From Octopus vulgaris (Eukaryota): DNA of 64,000 nucleotides. Within the stretch, counting starts at the first letter, position 1, and each line of letters opens with the position of its first letter. The stretch covers positions 78,802,001 to 78,866,000 of the forward strand of contig OX597817.1 of assembly GCA_951406725.2 (NCBI GenBank), given 5' to 3'. Of this stretch, positions 13,555 through 27,514 are shown one piece after another. Made by a program: the position numbers and the translations under genes. Under the pieces are notes generated by a model. The model was not told the origin of the DNA. It worked only from the letters and a program-made list of their open reading frames with translations, and ran no database searches.

Positions 13555-14013
13555 ACACACACAAACACACAAAATTTGTGACTGTTATATCCACTATTAA
13601 TAGAATCTTGCATACTGCTATCAACCTGCAAGCTGTCCCTGAGATCTACAGGGCCCTGCTTAAGATATTGTTGCATACATTTTATTCGTTTTTCTTTTTT
13701 GTTTGACCACAGGGCAAGATAAGGGAAGAAAAATATCCTCACCAAATAAACACACACATACAAAAAAAAACCAGCAAAAATTTAAAAAGTAACATTGATC
13801 TTCCAAGAAACTGTACAAAGATTGATTTCATTCTATTTTTTTTACCTTTTTTTGCATCATTTTATACTTCCTTGTTTCTTCTAACTCTTGTCTAAATTTA
13901 AACACAAAATCTCTTTAATAAAAATCAAATATTTTAGAACAATAGATTATTCATTGTTTTATATATATTATTAAAAGAAACCAAAGTAATTCTTACTTCT
14001 ATTCTTAAACAAT

Positions 14014-14432
14014 AGGTGCAGGTGTGGCTAAGTGGGTGAAAAATTTGCCATTACCTGCATGGTTTTCAGTTCAGTTCCATTGCGTTGCACCTCTGGCAAG
14101 TTATCTGCTTTAGCCCTTGGCTGAACAAAGTTTTTGTGAATGGATGTGGTAGGCAGAAATTGAAAGAAAGCTCATCACACACGTGTGTGTGATTGTGCAT
14201 ATGTATCTATGCGTGTATATACTGTGTCTATGTTGTGTGTGTCTCCCACCACTGCTTGACAACCAGTATTGGCTTGTGCATGTCTCCATATCTCAGTGGT
14301 GCAGCAAAAGAAACCGGCAGAATAAGTACCAACATTTAAAAATAAGTACTGGGGTGAATTTATTTGAGTAAACCCCTCAAAGTGGTGCTTCAGGATGGCC
14401 ACAGTCCACTTTGTGCAACAAATAAAAAAGGA
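14014..14432 (+). mobile_element. SINE family A, diverged
   Basis: Head ggtgcaggtgtggct...gttcagttcc, body and tail are collinear with 43105-43520. Confidence 0.75.
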
Positions 14433-15303
14433 TAGAAGATAATGGGAATTTTTAATAAATTCTGAGTCAAATCAATTTCATTCTCTATATTTATTTGATT
14501 GACCCTTTAAAGAATGAAAGACAAAAGTGGACCTGAGCAGCATTTAAATTCAAAACATTAAAGATGATAATGAGTTATTACAAAACTTTTTGTCTAATGC
14601 TCAATCAACTCTACCCCGTACTGTCCCCATATGAATATACATTCCATCATTTGTTTTCTATATCTGTTTCCCAAGCTAACATGGGTTAGATGAATATATT
14701 ACTGTGGCATTGATATTACAGCAAGATGCCTTTCCTGTCATTCATCCTTATTTACTTTTCAAGTAAGCAATCTCATATTTCACATGCCTTTGAAGTTACA
14801 AAATGAGTGGATAATCTGTTGAAAGAAGTGACAAAAACAACATTACTTACACTCATAACTTCAACAGACCATAAATGGAAACAAAAACACAAGTACCAAG
14901 ACACACACAAGCCTTTGTGAGATCAACAATGATTATATTTTATATAAAGGGCCATGAAAGATCTGATTCTACCCTGTACACTTTTATCAGTAGAGTCCCT
15001 TACAGAACAAAAGGAAACTACATTTTCACATTTTTGGTCTTCATTTTGCTTCTACCAAATTCATTCACAAGGCATTAGCTCGTCTGGGAAAATAGTAGAC
15101 AACATTTGCTTAATATGCCACCAGTGTGACTAAATCCAAAACTATGTGCTTGGGAGACAACCTCCTTAATCATACAGCCAAACTTGTACTTGTATATACA
15201 TTTACAGTGATTCAAAAGTTTCAGCTTCAGACAGTTTCATAAAGGTAAGCAAGCTGATACTTTAAAGTTAGTCAACACTTTTCCTATAAAACTTTATATA
15301 TAT

Positions 15304-15365
<62 letters not shown>

Positions 15366-15709
15366 CGTATTTTTCCCTTGTTAACACTTAACAAGGAAAA
15401 ATAGATAAATGGTTATCAGGGTAGCAAAAAATCACACAAGTAAAGAGGTTGCAACTCCTTGTTTTTAAAGGTAGAAACTTCAGGTTTATGGAAAATGTTT
15501 TTTTGTATAATATATAAATAAATAAATGGAATTTTACTTCCGACACATGTTTCAAAGATATCTCTGAAATTATTCCAAAGGAATAAAATGGTGTAAAACA
15601 ATGTAATCTTCTCTTCAGGGAAGTGAATGACTATATGTATATTAAATAAAATGTGCCAGAAGTAAAAGTATTTGAATTACACCTCCGTTAAACTCCATAT
15701 ATATATATA

Positions 15710-15978
15710 CTTTATTTAAAAGCAGCAGAAATGTAACAAAAGCTGTTACTCGGAGTTTCACTTCCCATTTGTCAGATAGTTTTGTTAAAATAGAACCTAG
15801 ATAACAAATTGTTATCTCGGTTCTATTTTAGCAAAACTGTCCGACGAATGTGAACGTGAAACTCCGAGTATCAGCTTTTGTTACCTTTCTGCTGCTCTTA
15901 AATAAAGCATATTACTCTATCTCTGGTATTTGAGTACTCTTTTTTCCACCTTGTTTCAAATTTATGTGCTTATTCTGG
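15710..15978 (+). mobile_element. Fold-back hammerhead element family FB1, copy a
   Basis: About 98-bp inverted arms centred on 15808, plus an unpaired tail of about 70 bp. HHR ctgt CCGACGA atgtgaacgt GAAA ctccgag TA tcag at 15837-15874. AATAAA at 15901. TA tracts on both sides. Confidence 0.8.
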
Positions 15979-16254
15979 TATATATATATATATATATATA
16001 TATAAAACTAAGAAAGAGAGAACAAATTTCACAGGTCAGTGTTCATATTTACTCAATGTATGTATTTGGATTCATCTTAAAACACTATTATCTATTGCTT
16101 CATAATTTATTTAAACATGTAATCTTAGCTCTTATTATATCCTCCACCTGAACAGTATGTTCCAACACAGCATTTGATTTTTAAAACTTCTTAAATTTCT
16201 CATGTTGCTTAAAACTTTAAGATTTAAATAACTCTTTTATAAATCCTTTAGATT

Positions 16255-16342
16255 AACTCTGATGAGAGAAATATAGATGATTGTTATGGTTGGAATTAAC
16301 TCACCCATACCAACCTATATCTTCTCGAAATGGCCATTAGAC
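16255..16342 (+). ncRNA. Type I hammerhead ribozyme motif with long stem II
   Basis: CTGATGA at 16259-65. Stem II gagaa-atatag...ctatat-c-ttctc is closed by G-C. GAAA at 16327-30. Palindromic stem III ATGGCCAT, triplet AUU. Stem I is weak (2 bp). Confidence 0.65.
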
Positions 16343-16975
16343 TTTGCACCTGCCCAAGATTCCTTTTAAAATCATTGTATAGCAACTTTTTCATCTATTT
16401 GGATTACCGATATACATTCGCCATCCGCATATTTTAATTTCTGTGGTACTCTCTTGTGATGCACATGGTAGTCTTGGTGGGAAAATATGAATTCACTTGT
16501 CTATATAAATTTGGATATGTTGACTACCTTGTGTTATGTTTTGATGGCGCTTGGTCGAAGATGTAAAGGGTAGGTTTTTTTTAGCATTTTCAAATTTATA
16601 ATTCTCAAAATATCATGTTGATGAAGGAAATGAATTTGTATAATTCTAATCCAGAACCGGGTTCATAATTAATCGAAGACTTTGATTTCGTTATTTTTTC
16701 TTCTTTTTTTTGCCTATGTGAGTAACAAATATTGTTGTCTGTGGAATCATATTTGTAGTGAAAAGAATTAGCTGTCTTTTGGCTGCTATTTTAAAATTTT
16801 CGGTATGTGGTAAAGCAACTTGTTGCTAAACCCTTAAATATATTTATAATTATATATAAAAAAAACTTTTTGTACAAGTTTTTACCGATAATTGTTTTTT
16901 TCCATACCTTAACTACTTGGTAAAATTTATTAATTATTAAATTAATAATTCTTTAGCCTATACCTGTAATGATTT

Positions 16976-17055
<80 letters not shown>

Positions 17056-17058
<3 letters not shown>

Positions 17059-17410
17059 GGTCGTCAAGTATGAAATTTGTAGAAAAGAAAAAGTTTGCTA
17101 ATGTGTTATTAATACAAGGTATAGTTGTATTCATCAAAGTATGCACCCATATTGTCAATACACTTTTGCCATTTCAGCAGCTGCTTGTCTGGCCTGGAAC
17201 TGTAAAAGCCTGGCAATCTTGAGTCAATAAAACATTGGAAGTCCTGTCTTACAGCATCATCAGAATTAAAATTTTTTTCCTATCAAAAAGTTATCCAAAT
17301 TTTGGAAGAAGTGGTAGTCAGTGGGGTCAAGATCAGATGAGTATGGGGGATGATGGAGAGCTTCCAACTCTAACACCTGTAGTTTCACCAACTTTTGTAG
17401 GTTCAAATCC
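17056..17410 (-). pseudogene. Mariner (DD34D-type) transposase 3' fragment with TIR
   Basis: LELEALHHPPYSSDLDPTDYHFFQNLDNFLIGKKF, then after a frameshift NSDDAVRQDFQCFIDSR...KWQKCIDNMGAYFDE. Terminus ttaggtcg. Confidence 0.85.
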
Positions 17411-18789
17411 CACCTGAGTTCTTTTTTTTTTTGTTTTCCAAATAAGGAATACAAGGAATATTTTGGGATGAGCTCTATATATCTGTTCTACAAGAAAATG
17501 CCTATGTAACACATTAAAGATGAACCTAATGACTAGATCATGATTATGTTTGATGGAATGAATTCCAAATTTTCCCATGTTTTTGAAACTACCTCAATCT
17601 AGAAATCTCATAGTGAGCCCTTGAACAAAATTTAATATTCTACAAATGTAAAAGGCAATGAAAATTATGGTATGTCCTACAGCTGGTGATAACCAGAGAA
17701 CATGACTGCTTCACTGACTAATGTTTCACAATATCAGGTTTGGGGTTTAAATTTGCGAATCTCTGAGAAATACTCATTTAGGTTTCCAAGCAGAAAGTAT
17801 TGCAACTATTGGAATTCTAAATGCCAATGTTAAGATTTAAAGTAAAATGATGATGAGGGTTTTAGCAGAAATATGTAATAAGCGCAGTGCAGAGGGAAAG
17901 ATAGTTGAATGTTAATGCTCTTGGATTTTACAGTTCTTGCATTAACAATAAGTTTAGTTATTCAATAAATCCCTGTTTCAGTACTATGTTGTTTACAATA
18001 TACCTGGGAATCTTTGCTTCAATCTGAAGAAAATTATCTGAACCAGGTAGGCTGATTGCATTGCAATAAACAACAGTCAGTACACATGCATTCTGTTTTG
18101 TGGTGTAAGGATTTATCATGCAGTTAAAACAAGATTAGCAGCTTGTTATCTCACTACATCTGCTTCAGATTGAAAGTCATATAAAAGTGAATGAATGGTA
18201 ATATGTCATTTGAATGTGGTGTTGATATACTAAAATGGCAGAAATGTAAAGGTGATACGTAAGATTGTTCTTGAATTGCACATCAGATAATGCTGTTGGG
18301 CAAAGCAGAGGAACAATGTGAAACAAGGTTTATCAATGATGAGACTTTAACTAATGTAAAGAAGCCCCAAAACAAAAAAAATAAAACAAATAAATAATAA
18401 TAAACAAATAGATAAATAAATAAAAATCCAGGATATATACATACATACAAATATATATGTGTGTGTGTGTATGTGTGTGTATGTATATATACATATATAT
18501 ATATATACATGTATGTATGTGTGTGTATATTGTGTATGTGTATGTATGTATGTGTTTGTGTGTATGTTCTGTGTATGTATGTAAGCATGTATGTATGTAT
18601 ATATACTCACATGCATACATACTTACCTACATACATACATGCATACATACATACATACATACATACATACATACATACATACATACATACATACATACAT
18701 ACATACATACATAAAGATGCCAAAGAAGAATGAAAAACAAAAATATCAACAGCCACAAAGTGTTCGGTAAAAAGATGCTCACAGCATGA

Positions 18790-18823
<34 letters not shown>

Positions 18824-19630
18824 TAGACTGAAAGAGGTTTATTGCCTGGTAAATTCAGAACAAAACCTAGACAAATACAGACATCCACATGAAGCTGTAA
18901 AAAGGAAAACCGAAAATTGTTTCTGAGAGCAGGAATCTTTGGGATAAACACGTAATAGGCTATTGCAAGTATGATGCAAGGGGCTAAATTAGTGTGAACG
19001 TATTTAATGCACAAGTGGCTTTAGAATATTAATGAGAAATAGGTATGCAATCGTCTATTTATTTACAGGTTTCAGTCAGTGGACTCTGGCTATACTGGAG
19101 TGCAATCTTGAAGGGTTTTAAACTATCATATTGATCCCTATCTTTATTTTTAAGTTTGGTTTTATTTGTTGAGCTGCTAATTTACAGGCCGTAAATATGA
19201 ACACAGAGACACACAAAATGTGTTTAATTAAATATACATAGATATACATACACACACACACATAATTAAAAGATGATTAACTTTTGAATTTGCTTTGCAA
19301 GAAATTTAACAGTAAATCATATATTGAAACTGATATTGTTGTACTTCTTGGAGGGTCACTTTGCCAAGAAACACACATACTCTCACACTGATTGTAACTC
19401 ACTTCAGTTTTATTACCAACTAATCAATTAATCAAATAATTAATTATTGATTAGTCATAATTAACTTTTCAGCACACTGCTGTGAGCTTTCTAATGATTT
19501 AAATGATTTGTAAATTTCCAAATGAAATTTTTTTTTCCTTTTTGCATTTATGGGCTCATAATACAACAGTAATTAAAAAATACACATATATAAAAACATA
19601 CCAGCATGCATTATTTCATAATAGTAATCA

Positions 19631-20036
19631 GTGCAGGAGTGGCTGTGTGGTTAAGTAGCTTGCTTACCAACCACATGGTTCCTGGTTCAGTCCCACTGCA
19701 TAGCACATTGGGCAAGTGTCTTCTACTATAGCCTCAGGTCAACTAAAGCCTTGTGAGTGGATTTGGTAGATGGAAACTGTAAGAAGCCCGTCGTATATAT
19801 GTTTGTATATATATATATATGTGTGTATATATGTTTCTGTGTCTGTGTTTGTCCTCCCAACATCGCTTGACAACCGATGCTGGTGTGTTTACATCCCCGT
19901 AACTTAGCGGTGTGGCAAAAGAGACCAATAGAATAAGTACTAGGCTTACAAAGAATAAGTCCTGGGGTTGATTTACTTGACTAAAGGTGGTGCTCCAGCA
20001 TGGTCACAGTCAAATGACTGAAACAAGTAAAAGAGT
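19631..20036 (+). mobile_element. SINE family A, full length
   Basis: A/B boxes, body and tail match the other family A copies. Confidence 0.9.
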
Positions 20037-21401
20037 ATTATGAACCTTTCAATTGATCTGGTGTGTTAAAACTCCACTTTTAATACTTTTTTGTCATAGG
20101 TCAGCTTGATCACAAGTTAAGTTAAGTTAAGTTAATTTCTTGGCTCATAAAGCAAAAAGTGACCAAGGGCTAAAGAGCAGTTTCTCTTTTTTGTTCTTTG
20201 GCGAAAGAGACATATCAGTTTTCGGAAACATTAACATAAAACTCATGAAAAAAACATGTTTGTTTCTTCAACTGTAAATGTACCTAAAGAAAGTTAGTTT
20301 TTATCTCAACTCTCACATGCAAATGCATACACACACACACACACACACACACATACACACACACACACACACACACATACATACATACATACAAACATAA
20401 TACATACATACATACATACATACATACATACAAACAAACATAATACATACACAAACATCTGTCTATCTATCTATCTATCTATCTTTTTTTTCTCCCCAAA
20501 AAGAAAAGCTCTACTTTGTAATTTGTCCTTCTGTGTTCAGCCCTGTGTGGAGCTAATAAAGAAACACACACATATATATATATATATGTATATGTGTGTG
20601 TGTGTATACACATACACAACATACACACACACTCACACATATAAACATACATATGTCTGTGTGTGTATATATATACACATACACACATACACACGCACAC
20701 ATTTATATATATACATATACATATGTATGCATGTATGTGTGTAAAAAAAAAAATATATATATATAACTGTATTTATATATTCAATTGTACCAACTGTTTA
20801 AAACACATATAAACAAACTTAATAATCATAGGGAAATTACAAGCTGCTATACTTGAGAAATTGTGCATGGGTAGACAGGCATGTGTGTGTGTTAGTATGT
20901 GTGTGCAAGTGTGTGTATGCATATGTGTGCATGTGCATGTGGAGAACTATGTGTAAGTGCATGAATGTATGTATATAATTGCATTCGAGGATATGTGTAT
21001 GAATGCATGCATGTGTATGTGTTTGTGGAAGAGAGTGAGCAAATATATGTTTGAATATGTTTGGTGTACATTTAATATCATTACTGTCCTTACATAAATT
21101 TTGTCTCAACATCCACTACCACAGAGGTATGTATAAGAGTATGTATATATATATGTGTTTAAATGTGTATGTGTGTGTCAATTGACAAATGCATGTGCGT
21201 TTGTGTGTGCATATGCATATGTGCACATATGTGTTGAATGAAAATGTTATTTAGACAATGAAGATAGCAAAGTAGTATGGAAAGTGGAAAAAAATGGACA
21301 AGCTAAATAGAAAGACATATTGATGGAAAAGAGTGAAATAATTATGGAGATTAAAGTCTGTTACATGAACCAGAACATGAAGAGAACTTCTTTAGCAGAA
21401 A

Positions 21402-21690
21402 CATCATCATCATCGTTTAATGTCTGCTTTCCATGCTGGGATAGGTTGGATGGTTTGACTGAAGACTGGCAAGCCAGGGTGCTGCACCAGGCTCCAATCT
21501 GATCTGGCAAGTTTTTTACAGATGGAGGCCCTTCCTAACGCCAACCACTCCAAGAGTGTAGTGGGTGATTTTTATGCACCACTGGCATGGGGGCCAGTCA
21601 GGCAGAACTGGCATCGATCATGTTCAAATAGTGCTTTTTATGTGCCACAGGCATGGGAGCCAGTCAGGTGGCACTGCCATTGACCACACT
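21402..21690 (-). mobile_element. SINE family C copy
   Basis: catcatcatcgtttaatgtc...cccttcctaacgccaaccactcc, the reverse complement of the family C tail. Confidence 0.8.
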
Positions 21691-22351
21691 TGTTGATTTG
21701 ACTAAACCAGGGCTGGTCAACCTGATTCCCACAGGCCACTTGATATTTTCTTGATATGGGTTTCTTAAAACAAGGATTTTAAAAATTCTATCAAAAATTA
21801 AAGATTTTAATGAAAAGTGAAAAAGAAAGATACTACTGTTTTTGCAACGATAATATTTCGAGTTGAATCAATGATCGTTCATTCATTATTGTAATAATAG
21901 CATGAGAAAGCAAAATGCTTTCAATTCTGTCAGCATACAAGCAGCCCTCAAAAGCCTTTCTCTGATTAAAGTGGCCCACAATGTAATTCGAGTTGGCCAG
22001 GTGGGGACTAAACCCTTCAAGGTGTATTGTCACAGTCCAATGACTAAAACAAGTAAAAGACAAAAGATAAAACACCAAAAATAAATGATAAAGGTGATTG
22101 AGAGAAAGAAAGGATAAGAGAGAGGAGGAGGAGGAGGAAAAAGATAGAGAGAAGAAGAATTAGTCATTTTACAGTCTCCAGCTGTCAAATTTCACTTTAC
22201 AAAAATGTGGGAAAGAAACCCAGTGTGCAGATGCTGTTAGAATGCCTGCTGTGGTCATACCTGCCTGGCCAAGGTTTCATTGTCCCTGATGTAGCTACCC
22301 ATGTCACATCTCACAACCTTCACAGTGTTCACAGAACATTGACCAACAGTC

Positions 22352-22352
22352 A

Positions 22353-22408
<56 letters not shown>

Positions 22409-22830
22409 TATCACCATCATCATCATTATCATCATCATCATTTAACGTCCATTGTCCATGCTGACATGGGTTGGACAGTTTGACCAGAACTGGTAAGCTG
22501 ATGGGCTGCACTAGATTCTGGTCTGATTTGACATGGTTTCTTTATTGCTGGGTGTCCTTCCTTCCAAATGCCAACCACTCTAAGAGTGTAATGGGTGCTT
22601 TCCCATGCCACCAGCACGGGTGCCAGTTGCATGACACCAGTATCTGCCGCAACTACATTTTCACTTGGCTTGATGAGTCCTCTTCTCAAGCACGGCATAT
22701 TGCTGACAGTCTCAGCTATTTGTCATTGCCTCCATGAGTCCCAACACTTGAAAGCTGCTTTTTACATGCACCAGCATGGGTGCCAGGTATGTGACACCAG
22801 CATCAGCCATGGCTATGATTTCACTTGGCC
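22352..22830 (-). mobile_element. SINE family C copy with expanded (CAT)n tail
   Basis: (cat)n followed by tttaacgtccattgtccatgctgacatgggttggacag and internal repeat units. Confidence 0.75.
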
Positions 22831-22849
22831 CTTGTTGACATTTTGATAT

Positions 22850-23020
22850 TCAGTGCAAATAACCATGTTACCGTCCTTCATGTCAGCTAACTTTTCCTCA
22901 ACTACAACTTTAATCTTCATGCTCTCCAACACCGTTGACTGTTCACCAATACATTAAGCTGTTCCTGAATAAAGGAGACATGAAAAAAAAAATCATCAAA
23001 CTTAGCCTGAGCACCCTGTA
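22850..23020 (-). mobile_element. Tc1/mariner terminal fragment
   Basis: Ends in gcaccctg+TA, the same terminal motif as the element ending at 12773. The inner boundary is uncertain. Confidence 0.35.
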
Positions 23021-23059
23021 ACTTTCTTAGTATTATGCTGGTGTTTTGGAACATAAATT

Positions 23060-23279
23060 GGTTTCAAATTTTGGCACAAGGCCAGCAATTTTGTGGAAGA
23101 GGCAAAGTCAATTGGATTGACCCCGCCAGCGTCCAACTGGTACTCATATTATCCGCCCCAAAAGGATGAAAGGCAAAGTCAACCTCGGCTGAATTTGAAC
23201 TAAGAACATTAAAGATGAATGAAATGCCATGAAGCATTTTACCCGGCATGATAATGATTCTGCCAGCTCACTGCCTTGC
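23060..23279 (-). mobile_element. SINE family B, full length with 15-bp TSD
   Basis: Reverse-complement Meta-like core aaaggatgaaaggcaaagtcaacc. Direct repeat tttggaacataaatt at 23045-23059 and 23280-23294. Confidence 0.9.
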
Positions 23280-24000
23280 TTTGGAACATAAATTAACATA
23301 AAATTTTGATGGAAGAATTTGATTTAGGCATTTTTTATATAGTAATTTTGTGACACAGGATCAAGCGCAATTTCAGATAAGTTGGTATACAAAAGGGTTA
23401 ACTGTTATATTGAGCGTGACACAGGATTATATTGAAGGTCTCTCACCAGTTTGTGTTTATTCTCTGCTAATGGATGCAGAGTGAACAGACATAGCGGGGT
23501 TGTTAGTGGAGGCAATTTGACATGTCACTTCTTATTATACCCCTTACTCTCACTTGTTATTCTGCCAAGAAATTCATTCAAGCGTGAAGAAATAGGCGAA
23601 AGATTGATCTTTTTCCAATTTGGTGCATCACACACGCCAAGGTCATGAAAATTGCATATGAATGAGTTTTGCATGTGGTGCAGAGGAAATGTATGTGTGC
23701 ATGCATGTGCATATGTGTCTATGTCAGCATGTGTGTTGTGACAAACTGTTTTTTAAAGATTTTTTTTTCTAATATAATTAATACTTCACAATTAAAGAAA
23801 AATTATTTTACACACATATATATATATATGCATGTGTGTATGCATGTGTGTGCATGCACATGTGTGTTTATGCATGTGTGTATAATATATCTATGCAGAT
23901 AGATAGATAGATAAATAGATAGATAGATAGATAGATAGATGGATGGATAGATAGATAGATGGATAGATAGATAGATAGATAGATAAATATATATATACAG

Positions 24001-24067
<67 letters not shown>

Positions 24068-24134
24068 TAGATAGATAGATAGATTGATAGATAGATAGAC
24101 TGACAGACAGATAAACAGTCAAATAGAGAGATAC

Positions 24135-24535
24135 AGGCATGGCTGCATGGAGAAGAAGGTTGCTTTGCAACCATATGGCTTTGGGTTCAGTTCCACAGTG
24201 CAGTGCCTTGGGTAAGTGTCTACAATAGCCCCCCCACCCCCCACCCAGCCCAGCTAATGTCTTGGGAGTGAATTTAACTGATGGAAACAGTGGAGTAGCC
24301 TATTGTGTACATGTGTGTGTGTGTGAGTGTGCATGTGTGTGTACGTGTGTGTGTATGGTTTTGGGCTTGTGGTTGTCCTCCACTGTCATTCGATAGAGAT
24401 TCACATCAGGGATTCATAGACTAAGTACTAAGACTTTAAAGAAATCAGTACTTGAAGCAATTTGTTCGAATAAAATCTTTCAAGTGAGTATCCCAGATTG
24501 GTTGTAGTCCAATGGCAGAAAAATGTAAAAGAGAA
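24135..24535 (+). mobile_element. SINE family A, diverged
   Basis: ggcatggctgcatgg...gggttcagttcc...ccttgggtaagtgtct and a degenerate tail. Confidence 0.65.
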
Positions 24536-24557
24536 AAATAAAGTTCTCTCTTTCTCT

Positions 24558-24801
<244 letters not shown>

Positions 24802-24803
24802 TT

Positions 24804-25182
24804 GAGGCACAATGGCCCAGTGGTTAGGGCAGCGGACTCGTGGTCGTAGGATCGCGGTTTCACTTCCCAGACTGGGCATTGGGAGTGTTTATTGAGCGAA
24901 AACACCTAAAGCTTCACAAGGCTCCTGCAGGGGGTGGTGGTGAACCCCGCTGTACTCTTTCACCACAACTTTCTCTCACTCTTTCTTCCTGTTTCTGTTG
25001 TACCTGTATTTCAAAGGGCCAGCCTTGTTACACTCTGTGTCACGCTGAATCTCCTCGAGAACTACGTTAAGGGTACACGTGTCTGTGGAGTGCTCAGCCA
25101 CTTGCACGTTAATTCCATGAGCAAGCTGTTCTGTTGATCGTATCAGCTGGGACCCTCATCGTCGTAACCGACGGAGTGCTCC
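24804..25182 (+). mobile_element. tRNA-derived SINE family D (single copy in window)
   Basis: A-box tggcccagtgg and B-box-like ggtttcacttcc, followed by a GC-richer body of about 300 bp. Flanked by TA tracts. Confidence 0.7.
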
Positions 25183-25206
25183 TATATACTCCTATATATA
25201 TATATA

Positions 25207-25330
25207 CCGTATTTTAGTGTGTATAGGGAACCCTTGTGTATAAGTATTCCCTAATTTTGTGGGGCTTAAAATTTGGAAAAAAGGTTTTGTAAGTGATTAG
25301 GTAAATTTTGATAAGTGCACCTGCACTTAT
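25207..25330 (+). mobile_element. Left end of a pogo/Tigger-like DNA transposon derivative
   Basis: TA+ccgtatttt terminus typical of pogo/Tc2-type elements. No matching right TIR is seen. Confidence 0.35.
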
Positions 25331-26086
25331 CGGGTAATGTGTTTCATTTTCATTTTGTAGGGTTAGAGAAACAAACAAACAATATTTTACATACAAAGTG
25401 AAAAAATGCAGAAAGTTTTAAAAACACACTTTGAAGTTAAAACTGCAGAAAAAATAATGTAAAAAACTATTGTGTACTTTAAATGGTACCTGTATATACC
25501 ACAGCATGATATAAATCAGAATAATAGAAAGAAATTTGTGTTTTTGAAGGTCTCACTGTAGGTACAACAAGATTTTAAATGCATTTTTTTTCTTTACTAT
25601 TGATGGGTGAAATAAAAAAGAGCGAGTGAGTCGATCTATGCTATGCAGTTGATTGAGGAAGGAAGTTGAGTATGTGTTCTCTGATGATTGATTGACAAGC
25701 TGTGAAGTGGTCTGTCTGGAGACTCCCATACCACAATATCAAAAGCATAGAAACTGCCGGCTTACATTCTTTTTTATCAACCACAATGTAGTAGTAGTAG
25801 TAGTAGCAGCAGCAGGAATAGTAGTAGTAGTGGTAGTGGTGGTAGTGGTGAATGTTTGATAGTGGCAGGGATAATGGTGCAGCTTGCGGTAGTGCTAGTC
25901 AGAATTTGGAAGGTTATAAATGTAAAAGAGTGAGAATGTTTATGACAATATAACAAGCTCCTCTGCTCCGTTGCAGCAATTATGTAATTTATAGGAAAAA
26001 ATGGGTAGAAAAAAAATCACAGAAAAACAATAAAAAATATAGGTAGCATTTTATATACATGCATTTTTCTTTGAACATATGACTGT

Positions 26087-26132
<46 letters not shown>

Positions 26133-26162
26133 GTAGAAATATATATATGTTCATATATATAA

Positions 26163-26193
<31 letters not shown>

Positions 26194-26222
26194 CTTAATT
26201 ACATATATACATTATATATATG

Positions 26223-26256
<34 letters not shown>

Positions 26257-26644
26257 TATTGTTAATGATTGTTTATACTATATATATATATATACTACTC
26301 ATGTATATCTTTACATATATATATATTTATATATATATGTGTGTGTATATGCACACACACACACATATGATGTATATGTCTCTGCTGTGTATTTAAATGG
26401 TTTGTCACTTTTTTGTTTCCTCACATGCCAGAAGGTAAACGTTAAGTGGCTGTTTACAGTTGAGAATGAATGTTATGTAATAACATACAACAGCCATTAT
26501 AAACCACTCAAATTATGTGTGCACACACTCACGCACACATATATATAAATATATGTGTGTGTGCGTGTGTGTATGCATATATGTACGTATATATGTATGT
26601 ATATTTACGTATAATGTATGTATATATATATATATATATATATA

Positions 26645-26790
26645 AAATTAGAGATATCACTGAATGCGACTAGGGTGTCAGGAAACACCAAAATTGCTAG
26701 AAATAAGAGCTAAACTGCTCTAATGGTGTATTTAATGCGCATGAATGAAAACATATACACTAGCACTGACCATAATTGTCCAAAAAGTAT
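26645..26790 (-). mobile_element. Truncated copy of fold-back family FB2 (tail only)
   Basis: Matches 27515-27647 (tagggtgtcaggaaacac...tgctagaaataagagctaaactgc...gaccataattgtccaaaaagta). Confidence 0.75.
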
Positions 26791-27514
26791 GTATGTATGT
26801 GTGTGTATATATATATACATACATACATACATATATATATATACATATACATATACATATATATATATATATTTATATATATACATACATACACACACAT
26901 GCATATATAGGTATAGGATGTGCAAATAACATGAAATACACAAACGAGGGGAAAATGAGTGAAATACATAAGCAACAAGATAAAATGGAAAACAGGACAA
27001 GTTAACATAGAGAAAGGACCCCTTCATCAGTTGTCGGCTGTCTATCTACTCCTCATTTCGAGCACTGAACGACAACACGAGTCATCAAAGACAGTTATTC
27101 TCATAAATTCGAAAATAAAATTAAGGTCAAAGTTGGGAACAAGAAAATAACAGTGGAGACATACAAGGAAACCAAACGTACATATGTGTTCATATATGTG
27201 TGTGTATGTGTGTGTGTGTGTGTATACGTACTATTCCTGCTGCTGCTGCTACTACTACTACTACTACTACTACTATTGCTGTGTATGTGTTTGGGCCTAT
27301 GTATGTATGCCTTTATACATATACACATGCTTGTTCAGGCTGGCAATCTTGAATAGTGTTGATTAGTTGGTGTCGATTGTTACTGCTTTTGAGGTATCTT
27401 CTCTTCTATAATCATGTCCTTCTCATTGATATATATATACGTATGTGTGTATGTGTGTATGTACATATATATATATATACACACACACACATATATATAC
27501 ATATATATATATAG

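Noticed and set aside
27020-27100. Minus-strand CTGATGA and TTGATGA...GAAA motifs
   Set aside because: The order and stems do not give a consistent hammerhead fold. At best this is a heavily decayed relic.
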